Below, piece by piece: positions 16,934 through 24,216 of a stretch of DNA of 49,961 bases. The notes under the pieces were generated by a model. That model was given only the letters and a program-made list of their open reading frames with translations. It searched no databases and had not been told where the DNA came from. The DNA comes from a bacterium. Lineage in GTDB: Bacteria > Gemmatimonadota > Gemmatimonadetes > Gemmatimonadales > JACORV01. Positions within the stretch are counted from its first letter, which is position 1. Each line of letters begins with the position of its first letter. The position numbers and the translations under genes are program-made. The stretch covers positions 1 through 49,961 of the forward strand of contig JAJYLI010000002.1 of the NCBI GenBank assembly GCA_021787855.1, read 5' to 3'.

Positions 16934-18487
16934 ATGTCACGCACCTCCCCGCCCGGCGCCCGGGCGCTCCGCGCCCCCGGGGCGATCCTGCTCGTCTCCT
17001 GCTACGAGCTGGGCCACCAGCCCCTGGGCCTGGCCTTCCCGCTGGCGTTCCTGGAGCGGGCCGGCTTCCGGCCGTCCACCGTGGACCTGGCGGTGAGCCG
17101 GCTGGACGCCGAAGCCGTGCGGCGGGCCCGGCTGGTCGCGATCTCGGTTCCGATGCACACGGCGCTCCGCATCGGCGTGGAAGCCGCCGCGGAGATCCGG
17201 CGCCTCAACTCCGGCTGCACCATCTGCTTCTACGGCCTCTACGCCGCGCTCAACCGCGCGTACCTGCTCGCGGGCGCAGCGGGGGGGGGCGGGGGGGAGG
17301 GCGGGGGCGGGCGCGGGACCGCCGACGTCGTGCTGGCGGGAGAGATCGAGGAGCCGCTGGTGGCCCTGGCTGAGCGGCTGGATCGCGGGGAGGACGCGGC
17401 GGGCGGGCGGGCGCCGGGAACGCGCCCGGCGGAGGACGCGCCGGCCGCGGACGCCCGCGCGGTGACGCGCCTCGCGCGCCAGGACTTCCCCGTGCCCAGC
17501 CGCGGCGCGCTCCCCGTCCTGGGCCGCTACGCCGCCCTGGATCGGGACGGCGAGCGCCGGGTCGCCGGGGTCACCGAGGCCAGCCGGGGATGCCTGCACC
17601 TCTGCCGCCACTGCCCCATCCCGCCCGTGTACGGCGGCCGCTTCTTCGTCGTCCCGGCGGCGGTCGTGCTGGAGGACGTGCGCCGCCAGGCGGCGGCGGG
17701 CGCGCGCCACATCACCTTCGCCGACCCGGACTTCCTGAACGGCCCGACCCACGCGCTCCGGATCGTGGAGGCCCTGCACGCGGAGCTTCCGGATCTGACC
17801 TTCGACTTCACGGCCAAGGTGGAACACCTGCTCCGCCACCGCGGGCTCCTGCCGCGATTCGCCCGCGCCGGCTGCGCGTTCATCGTCACCGCCGTCGAGT
17901 CGCTGAGCGACGAAGTCCTGCGGAAGCTCGACAAGGGCCACAGCCGCGCGGATGCGATGGGCGCCCTGGACGCCGTCCGCGGGGCGGGCATGACGTTGCG
18001 CCCCTCGTTCGTGCCGTTCACGCCCTGGACCACCCTGGGCGACTACATCGAGCTGGTGGACTGGCTCGAGGCGGCGGACCTCGTTCCCTGCGTGGAGCCC
18101 GTGCAGCTGGCCATCCGGCTGCTCGTGCCGCCGGGCTCGGGCCTGCTGGAGTCCGGGGACCTGACGCCTTACCTGAGGGGCCTGGACGCCGCCGCGTTCA
18201 CGTGGCGCTGGGAGCATCCGGATCCGCGGATGGAGCGGCTGCACGCGCAGGTGAGCGACATCGTACACCGCGCCAGCCACGCCGGCACGCCGGCGGCGGA
18301 GGTGCACGCCGCCGTGCGCCGGGCGGCCCGCGAGGCGCGCGGAGACGCCGTACGGCCGCCCGAGGCGGCCGCCACGCTCTCCGAGCGGCGGCCGGTGCCG
18401 CCCCGGCTCACCGAGCCGTGGTTCTGCTGAGCGGAGCCCACCGCGGACCAGTTGGGTCCGGCGATCGCGCCGCCCGGCGCCATCTGA
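16934..18487 (+). CDS. B12-binding-domain radical SAM protein with CUAEP tail; TGA 18428-18430 read as selenocysteine
   Basis: ATG at 16934 (the ORF part upstream is antisense to hldD). Radical SAM motif CLHLCRHC. The ORF caller stops at ...LTEPWFC-TGA. Read-through gives U-AEPTADQLGPAIAPPGAI and a stop at 18485-18487. A SECIS-like hairpin sits at 18442-18463. Confidence 0.8.
17281..17317 (+). repeat. G-tract G9-C-G7-A-G3-C-G5-C-G3-CGC-G3 inside the radical SAM gene
   Basis: Read directly from the sequence. It encodes AGGGGGEGGGGRG. Confidence 0.9.
18442..18463 (+). promoter_or_regulatory. putative bacterial SECIS hairpin
   Basis: Begins 11 nt after UGA 18428-18430. Stem CGGACC/GGUCCG (18444-18449 / 18455-18460) with apical loop AGUUG, extended by 2 bp across a one-nucleotide G bulge. 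Confidence 0.6.
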
Positions 18488-18519
18488 CGGGTCACGGGCC
18501 GGCCTGTCCCCGAACGACG

Positions 18520-18554
18520 AGGCGCCGTCCCCGCGCGACGCGGAGACGGCGCCT
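18520..18554. terminator. GC-rich hairpin between convergent genes (possible bidirectional terminator)
   Basis: AGGCGCCGTCCCCGCG-cga-CGCGGAGACGGCGCCT forms a 16-position stem with one mismatch and a 3-nt loop. It is followed by TT on the + strand only, so there is no strong U-tract. Confidence 0.5.
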
Positions 18555-18590
18555 TGCCGGAACGCGGCCTCGAGCGGCCGGCCGGAGCGG

Positions 18591-19628
18591 TCAGGAGCCG
18601 GCGGTCTGTCCCGCGGCCGGAGCGGCGATGTAGCTCGCCGGCACCTCGCCGGTCAGCGCGTTCAGGTACGCCACGATCCGGTTCACGTCCTCGGGCGACA
18701 GCGTCTTGCCGAGCTGGTGCTTCGCCATCAGGGCGACGGCCTGTGGCAGCGTCGCCACCGAGCCGTTGTGGAAGTACGGCGCCGTGCGCGCGACGTTGCG
18801 CAGCATCGGGACCTTGAACACCAGCGTGTCGGACGCCTCGTGCGTGATGGCCGCGCGGCCGATGTCCGACTTGTCGGGCCACGGCTCCACCGCGCCGAGC
18901 TTCTGGTACATCCCGCCGCCCACCAGCATCCCGTTGTGGCAGGCCTGGCAGCCGGTCGCGACGAAGGTGTTGAAGCCTATCCGCTCCTCGGGGGTGAGCG
19001 CCGTGGTGTCACCGTCCAGGAACCGGTCCCACGCACCCGGGGTCACGAGCTTGCGCTCGAACGCGCCGATCGCCAGCCCCACGTTGTCGTACGTCATGGG
19101 GTCCCTCGCGTCGGGGAACGCCGCGCGGAACGCCGCACGGTAGGCCGGGACCGCCTTGAGCCGCGCGATCACGGCCGCGGCGCTGGGCATCCCCATCTCG
19201 ACCGGGTTCAGCACCGGACCCTTGGCCTGCTCCTCGACCGTGGCGGCGCGCCCGTCCCAGAATTGCGCGATCTGGCCCGCCGCGTTGTACACGGTGGGCG
19301 AGTTGCGCCCGCCGAGCTGCCCCTTGGTGCCCACGCTGAACCGGCGGCCGTCCACGCCGTACGCCGCGAGGTTGTGGCAGGTGTTGCACGATTCGTTGTT
19401 GTTGAGCGAGAGCCGGGTGTCGTAGTACAGCGTCCGGCCGAGATTCACCTTCGCGTCGGTCAGCGGATTGGCCGGCGACTCCAGCGCCGCCGCCAGGGGC
19501 GAAAAGGCCGCCAGCGACGCCTGATCCACCTTCGCGCTCGGCCCACGCTGGCACGCCGGCACGAGTACCGCCACGAGGGCGGCCGAACAGAGGACCGTGG
19601 AGCGGCGGAGCACGCGACGCGACGACAT
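18591..19628 (-). CDS. di-heme cytochrome c peroxidase (CCP/MauG family), lipoprotein
   Basis: Internal ATG at 19628 preceded by GGGAGG. Lipobox LVPAC. Heme motifs CNTCH and CQACH, plus GGRNSPTVYNA, FWDGRA and PYFHNGS. Confidence 0.92.
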   Translation of the reverse strand: MSSRRVLRRSTVLCSAALVAVLVPACQRGPSAKVDQASLAAFSPLAAALESPANPLTDAKVNLGRTLYYDTRLSLNNNESCNTCHNLAAYGVDGRRFSVGTKGQLGGRNSPTVYNAAGQIAQFWDGRAATVEEQAKGPVLNPVEMGMPSAAAVIARLKAVPAYRAAFRAAFPDARDPMTYDNVGLAIGAFERKLVTPGAWDRFLDGDTTALTPEERIGFNTFVATGCQACHNGMLVGGGMYQKLGAVEPWPDKSDIGRAAITHEASDTLVFKVPMLRNVARTAPYFHNGSVATLPQAVALMAKHQLGKTLSPEDVNRIVAYLNALTGEVPASYIAAPAAGQTAGS

Positions 19629-19768
19629 GGAGCCTCCCGAGTGGTTGCTCGACAATAGGCCCGGGCGGCGCGCCCCGCAACGTTGGAGAGACCCGGATTT
19701 CCGGCGCAGACACTCGGCTTTCGGCACCCCGCTCGCCATTCGCGGGCGGCCGGGTGCGGCGCGGCGGC

Positions 19769-20575
19769 TCAGCGCTCGAGCACGAACCGGAGCGCCTGGG
19801 CGAAGACCCGAAGCGGGGCGGGGCCGTGGCCCAGGCGCGGGATCACCTCGAAGCGGTGCGGCACGCCCCAGCGCTGGAGCTCGTCCGCGGCGGCCGTGGC
19901 CATGCGGCGGCGCGTGCCGATGTCGCGGCTGCCCATGGTGAGGAAGAAGCGCGTGCCGCGGCGATCGAGGTCGCCGGCGCCGTCGGGCGTCGGGCGGTAG
20001 CTCGCGCGGCTGGCCATGACGATGGCGCCGTGCAGCCGGTCCGGGTTGCGCAGGGTGATGGCCCATGCGAGGTCGCCGCCTAGGGAGAAGCCGGCCAGGA
20101 CCAGACGCGAGCGATCAATGCGATAGTGGTCGGCGGCGGCGGCGAGATCCGCGAGCACCCGGCGCTCGTAGCGCTCGATGGTGCCGGTCCACGCCGCCTC
20201 GGTGCGGTAATCCGACGCGCGGCCGCGGCCGCGGGCGAGGATCAGGAGGAAGCCGGGACCCGATCCTTCGCGCGGAAACAGGTAAGGCCACAGCGCCTCG
20301 AGCTGGCGCTGCGGCGGCTCGCGGTACAGCGCGCCGAGCCCGGCCTGGGCCAGATAGATCTGCAGGATGGCCTCGGCCGTGCTGCCCGTGGGCGGCAGCA
20401 GCTCGACCACGGGATACGCGCGGCGCGAATCGTAGTCGGGCGGGAGCACGACCACGCCGGCCGCTTCCGGCGCGGGCGCCAGGCGTTCCGGATGGGGCGC
20501 GCACGCCGTGGCCAGGAGGGCGGCCGCGGCCAGCGCCGGAACCGCGCTCCCTGCGCGCCGGCGGAGCGTCATCAC
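19769..20575 (-). CDS. alpha/beta-hydrolase esterase-like lipoprotein
   Basis: 268 aa. Lipobox LLATAC and nucleophile elbow GFSLGG. Confidence 0.7.
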   Translation of the reverse strand: MMTLRRRAGSAVPALAAAALLATACAPHPERLAPAPEAAGVVVLPPDYDSRRAYPVVELLPPTGSTAEAILQIYLAQAGLGALYREPPQRQLEALWPYLFPREGSGPGFLLILARGRGRASDYRTEAAWTGTIERYERRVLADLAAAADHYRIDRSRLVLAGFSLGGDLAWAITLRNPDRLHGAIVMASRASYRPTPDGAGDLDRRGTRFFLTMGSRDIGTRRRMATAAADELQRWGVPHRFEVIPRLGHGPAPLRVFAQALRFVLER

Positions 20576-20725
20576 GGGTCGGAGTCTAGCCGCCGCCGCG
20601 GCGCCGGGGAAGCGCTACGCCGCGGGATGCGCTACGCGGAAGGGGCCGGGCGTGGCGGCGTCAGGGCAGAGGGCCACCGGGAAGCGCGGCGATCGCCAGC
20701 ATCGCGGGAATCGCGCTCCGGGGGT

Positions 20726-21121
20726 TCACAGGCAGAGGAGGCGGACCGGGGGCCCGTTGCGCACCAGGTCGAGCGGCCCGACCGTCTCGCCGAGGTCGGG
20801 GACGGTGATGGTCAGCGTCAAGTGGTCGCCGGCGACCTCGCCCACGTAGTGCGCGGGGTGCGGCGCGGGCCCGCCCGCGGGCACGGGACCGGCCTCGATG
20901 AAGTACGTCCCGCCCGCGGCGAACCGGCCCTCGGAGGTCAGCGTCCAGGCCGAGTCAATCTTCCCGCCGGCGCACGGGAGCTGGAGCGCGCCGCCGGAGT
21001 CGGCGAGCACGAGGCTCGCCTGCGTGCCGCCCCAGCTCCCGACGACGACGGGTGCGGGAGCCGTGGCGGACGCGCAACCAGCGACCAGCGCGAGCAGGGG
21101 AAGCCGTGCGAGGCGCATCAT
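20726..21121 (-). CDS. hypothetical lipoprotein
   Basis: 131 aa. Signal plus lipobox LLALVAGC. High GC3. Confidence 0.6.
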   Translation of the reverse strand: MMRLARLPLLALVAGCASATAPAPVVVGSWGGTQASLVLADSGGALQLPCAGGKIDSAWTLTSEGRFAAGGTYFIEAGPVPAGGPAPHPAHYVGEVAGDHLTLTITVPDLGETVGPLDLVRNGPPVRLLCL

Positions 21122-21412
21122 GGAGGTCTACAGCCACAGACCCCGGCAGGTTCCGCCGGGTCACACCGCCGGAGACCGGCCCTCCGCGTCGAGCGAGCGA
21201 TCACGTGCCCTCCGGCACGGGACCGGGTTCGGGGACGACATCCCTCGGCCGCTGAGGTCGCGGCGCCGTTCATGACCGCGAAGACTGCGGCCGGCGGCGA
21301 TCGGCGCAGGCAACACAAACCAGACAAGGGTGGTCGGTATTCGCGCGCGCGGCGGGTGCCCGAGGCGCGGGATATGCGCTACGTTCGGGCGGGATCAGAA
21401 GGCGGGGCGGCC

Positions 21413-21727
21413 ATGCTGCATCTCGCGTTGTGGATCATCCTGGCGGTGTGGGTGGGCATCGCGCTGCTGGTGCTCGTCGCGATCGTGGCGACGATCGGCG
21501 TCGGCACCATCCGCATGCTGCTGGATCGGCGCGGCGTCACGGGCTCGGTGTGGTGTCCGCTGCTCCAGCGAACCATGGAAGTGCTGGGGCCTCCGGCGGC
21601 GTTCGTGGGTGAGCCGAGCGGGTTCGAGGACGTGCGGCGCTGCGAGCGGTTCGGCAAGGGGCGCATCCAGTGCCACAGGTGGTGCGTCCGGACCCAGGAA
21701 CTCGCCGGGGCGGCGCCGACCAACTAG
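21413..21727 (+). CDS. small membrane protein with Cys-rich C-terminal tail
   Basis: ATG 21413 (alternative ATG 21374). One long TM segment (LALWIILAVWVGIALLVLVAIVATIGVG). Tail carries C-x10-C-x3-C (CERFGKGRIQCHRWC). High GC3. Confidence 0.55.
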   Translation: MLHLALWIILAVWVGIALLVLVAIVATIGVGTIRMLLDRRGVTGSVWCPLLQRTMEVLGPPAAFVGEPSGFEDVRRCERFGKGRIQCHRWCVRTQELAGAAPTN

Positions 21728-21738
21728 GCGCCCAGCAC

Positions 21739-22182
21739 TCAGTAGAGCTGCCCGTCGGGCCCCCGCCACCGTCCGCGGCCGAGGCTCTCGAAGACCAGCA
21801 CCCCCACGACGTCCCGCTGGTCTCCCCGCATCACGTGCACCCGGGTGCAATCGTCGAGGGAGCTCCCGGCCGCCGGAAGGCCGGCCGCGTCGTACCGCGG
21901 CGGGCGATAGGCGTGGGCCGACAGCCCACCTCCGTAGCAGGCGTCCCCGAGGAACTGGATCTCGGCGTCGTAGCGCAGCGTGACGAGCGTGGCGCCGAGC
22001 AGGGTCGAGCGCTGGCGTCCCGTCGCGCGGAACCGCACCAGCCGCACGAGACCGTGGCCCTCCTGTCCCACTTCGCGGCCGAGCACGCGCTCGGCGTCTG
22101 CGGCATCCGGATGTGCGCGCGCGCAACCGCTCCCCGCCGCCACGGCGGCGGCGAGCAGCCAGGGAGACAGCCGCGGGCGCAT
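21739..22182 (-). CDS. hypothetical lipoprotein (last gene of the cytochrome c operon)
   Basis: The internal ATG at 22182 overlaps the upstream stop by 1 nt (TGATG). Lipobox AAGSGC. Confidence 0.6.
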   Translation of the reverse strand: MRPRLSPWLLAAAVAAGSGCARAHPDAADAERVLGREVGQEGHGLVRLVRFRATGRQRSTLLGATLVTLRYDAEIQFLGDACYGGGLSAHAYRPPRYDAAGLPAAGSSLDDCTRVHVMRGDQRDVVGVLVFESLGRGRWRGPDGQLY

Positions 22183-22856
22183 CAGCGCCGCACCACCGCG
22201 GAGACGGTCTGCAGGTAGCCGAGGATCTGCGACGCGTCGGCCCGGCTGATCTGCTGCATCTTCATGCGCTGCATGTTCTCCGTCATCCGCAGCACCACCA
22301 CCGGCCAGTCGGGGGGCGAGTGCATCCGGGGATCGGGCAGCACGTGGCAGCGCGAGCACGCGGTGGCGAACAGATCGCGGCCCACGCCGGGCGGCAGCGA
22401 GCCGGCGACCGGCAGCGCGTGGCCTTGCAGGTAGGCGAGGAGCTCGGCCCGTTCCGCCGTGCTCGGAACACGCAGCCCCAGGTCTCCGGCCATCATGTCA
22501 ATCCGTACCCACATGCGGCGGGTCACCGCCGGCCAGTCCATCGCTCCGTGCATCGCCGGCGACGGCAGGGCGTGGCACTGCGTACAGTACTGCTGCAGCA
22601 CCCTGGCTCCGGGCGCAGCCGGATCGGGCAGGCTCTCCGCCGCGATGCCGGGCGGCAGGGCGATGGTGGCCGCTTCGAGCAGCCGCTGCCGTCGCACCGC
22701 CAGCGGGGCGGAAGGGGAAGGGGAGGCGGGGGGTGCGGGCGGGGGGAGCGTAGCGGCCTCGGCCGTGCCGGGCGATGCCGGCGCCCGCCCGGTGGGGGTG
22801 GGTGTTCCGCAGCCAACCAGCACGACGACCGCCGTCAGCAGCGCCCGCACGCTCAT
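22182..22856 (-). CDS. di-heme c-type cytochrome lipoprotein (two atypical repeated heme modules)
   Basis: Lipobox VLVGC followed by a Pro/Ala-rich linker. Two CXXCH motifs (CTQCH, CSRCH), each followed by LP-x-P-x-MH-x3-DWP-x-V-x2-RM. Confidence 0.8.
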   Translation of the reverse strand: MSVRALLTAVVVLVGCGTPTPTGRAPASPGTAEAATLPPPAPPASPSPSAPLAVRRQRLLEAATIALPPGIAAESLPDPAAPGARVLQQYCTQCHALPSPAMHGAMDWPAVTRRMWVRIDMMAGDLGLRVPSTAERAELLAYLQGHALPVAGSLPPGVGRDLFATACSRCHVLPDPRMHSPPDWPVVVLRMTENMQRMKMQQISRADASQILGYLQTVSAVVRR

Positions 22857-22875
22857 GGCATCCTCCCCGCGACGA

Positions 22876-23640
22876 CTATCGGCCGGCGGTCAGGACCGGC
22901 AAGTAGGCGATCACATCCCAGAGCTGCTGGTCCCCGAACAGCCGGCCCCATTCAGGCATGAGACCGCGGTGCCGGGTGGGTCCACGCGTCTTGAGCAAGG
23001 CGAACACCTGCTCGGCCTGCCGCGGCAGGTCGAGCGCCCGCAGGTCCGCAGGCGGGGGCGACTGCTCCGCCGCGAGCGCGCCGTCTCCGGCGCCCCGCAG
23101 GCCGTGGCAGTGCACGCAGTATGTGCCGTAAATGAGACGGCCCGCCGCCGGGTTGCCGCGCGCGCCGGGCTCGGCGAAGGTCGCGATGTAGGCGATGGCG
23201 GCGCGAAGCTCGGGCTCGCGCAGGCCGTGCCAGGCGGCCCCCTCCACCGCGGTCGCACCGGCGGCCGGCGGCGCGCGCCGCACCCGCCGCACCAGGGCCC
23301 CGACCGAACTGCCCCCCACCGCCCGCGCCAGGTCCGGCAGGTCCTCGCGGAAGCCCCGGGCGAGCGGGCCGTCGCCGTGGCCGTACCACCCGTGGCAGCT
23401 CCAGCAGTAGGTGTCGTATACCTCCCGCCCGCGCCGCTCGCCGGCCGTGAGCTGCGGGGCCGCCACCGGCGGCAGGGAGTCCTCGGCCGCAAGCGGCGCC
23501 TCAGGGCGAACGGCCGCCGCGGCGTTCTCCCCGCCGCCCGCGGCCGAAGGCGGTGCCTCGGCGGCACACGCCCCCAACCCCAGCGCGGCGCTCCACAGCG
23601 CGAGGCGCCAGGCCGCCGCGAGTCCGCGCGAGCCGCTCAC
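22876..23640 (-). CDS. di-heme class I c-type cytochrome
   Basis: GTG at 23640 lies 17 nt after the upstream stop (the ORF start at 23721 would overlap). Signal peptide present. Heme motifs CWSCHGWYGHGDG and CVHCHGLRGAGDG. Confidence 0.8.
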   Translation of the reverse strand: MSGSRGLAAAWRLALWSAALGLGACAAEAPPSAAGGGENAAAAVRPEAPLAAEDSLPPVAAPQLTAGERRGREVYDTYCWSCHGWYGHGDGPLARGFREDLPDLARAVGGSSVGALVRRVRRAPPAAGATAVEGAAWHGLREPELRAAIAYIATFAEPGARGNPAAGRLIYGTYCVHCHGLRGAGDGALAAEQSPPPADLRALDLPRQAEQVFALLKTRGPTRHRGLMPEWGRLFGDQQLWDVIAYLPVLTAGR

Positions 23641-23656
23641 GCCGGCGCGCCCCCGC

Positions 23657-23992
23657 TCAGCGATGCAGCGTCTTGATGTAGGCCGCGACGGAGTCCACCT
23701 GCGCCGGCGAGAGCTGTCCACTGAAGGCGGGCATGCTCCGGCGGCCGTGGCGGATCACCTGGCGCACGGCGGAGTCGGTCGTCGCCAGCCGCTTGGCCGG
23801 GTTGGTGAAATCAATCGGCCGCGGGTTCAAGGCCATGGCCATCGGGCCGTTGCCGCGCCCCTCCGCCCCGTGGCACATGGCGCACCGGACGTGGAAGACC
23901 GCCGCCCCGGTGACCTCCTGCGCTCTGACGACGCCCGGGGCTCCGACCGCGAGCACCGCCACGGCGGCGCAGCACCACAGTCCTGTCCGCAT
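23657..23992 (-). CDS. mono-heme class I c-type cytochrome
   Basis: ATG at 23992 preceded by GGGAGGAACAGG. Signal peptide ...VVRAQE. Motifs CAMCHGAEGRGNG and distal MPAF. Confidence 0.85.
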   Translation of the reverse strand: MRTGLWCCAAVAVLAVGAPGVVRAQEVTGAAVFHVRCAMCHGAEGRGNGPMAMALNPRPIDFTNPAKRLATTDSAVRQVIRHGRRSMPAFSGQLSPAQVDSVAAYIKTLHR

Positions 23993-24081
23993 CCTGTTCC
24001 TCCCGCCTTGGGATCGTGAGCCGCCGCGCTCCCCCTCCCCGGGCCCTTCGGCCCGTGGCGCGCCGGTGCTCTTTCCGCTCT

Positions 24082-24098
24082 TGGCAGTAGCCGGGCCA
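24082..24098 (-). promoter_or_regulatory. sigma54 (-24/-12) promoter candidate for the cytochrome c operon
   Basis: The minus strand reads TGGCCCggctaCTGCCA. GG and GC have the canonical 10-nt separation. It lies about 92 nt upstream of ATG 23992. Confidence 0.6.
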
Positions 24099-24191
24099 GC
24101 GCCGCGCGAGCGGCGAAATCCTTCCGCCTCGCGGGCTTCGGGGATCGGGGCCCGCGCCGCTTCCGGCGGGCCGGGTGGGATGCCGCACGCC

Positions 24192-24211
24192 GGCGGGGGA
24201 TTTCCCCCGCC
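24192..24211. promoter_or_regulatory. palindrome GGCGGGGGA-tt-TCCCCCGCC (candidate enhancer/UAS; could also be the terminator hairpin of the regulator gene)
   Basis: Perfect 9-bp inverted arms. It sits 6 nt after the response-regulator stop (24217) and about 105 bp upstream of the -24 element at 24093-24098. Confidence 0.45.
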
Positions 24212-24216
24212 CCGGC

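Noticed and set aside
18428-18430. TGA as a genuine stop, giving a protein ending ...WFC
   Set aside because: This is less likely than Sec recoding. The next three codons give exactly A-E-P, completing the family-defining tail. The frame stays open for 18 codons, and a hairpin sits at the canonical SECIS distance. Confirmation from the rest of the genome is still required.
20576-21412. Search of the larger intergenic regions for tRNA, tRNA-Sec or a structured ncRNA. The regions checked were 20576-20725, 21122-21412, 27471-27789, 38804-38930 and 46526-46705.
   Set aside because: No cloverleaf-compatible arms and no T-loop GTTCRANNC or anticodon-stem pattern were recognisable by eye. Only short GC hairpins were found. 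A covariance-model scan would be needed to exclude small RNAs.
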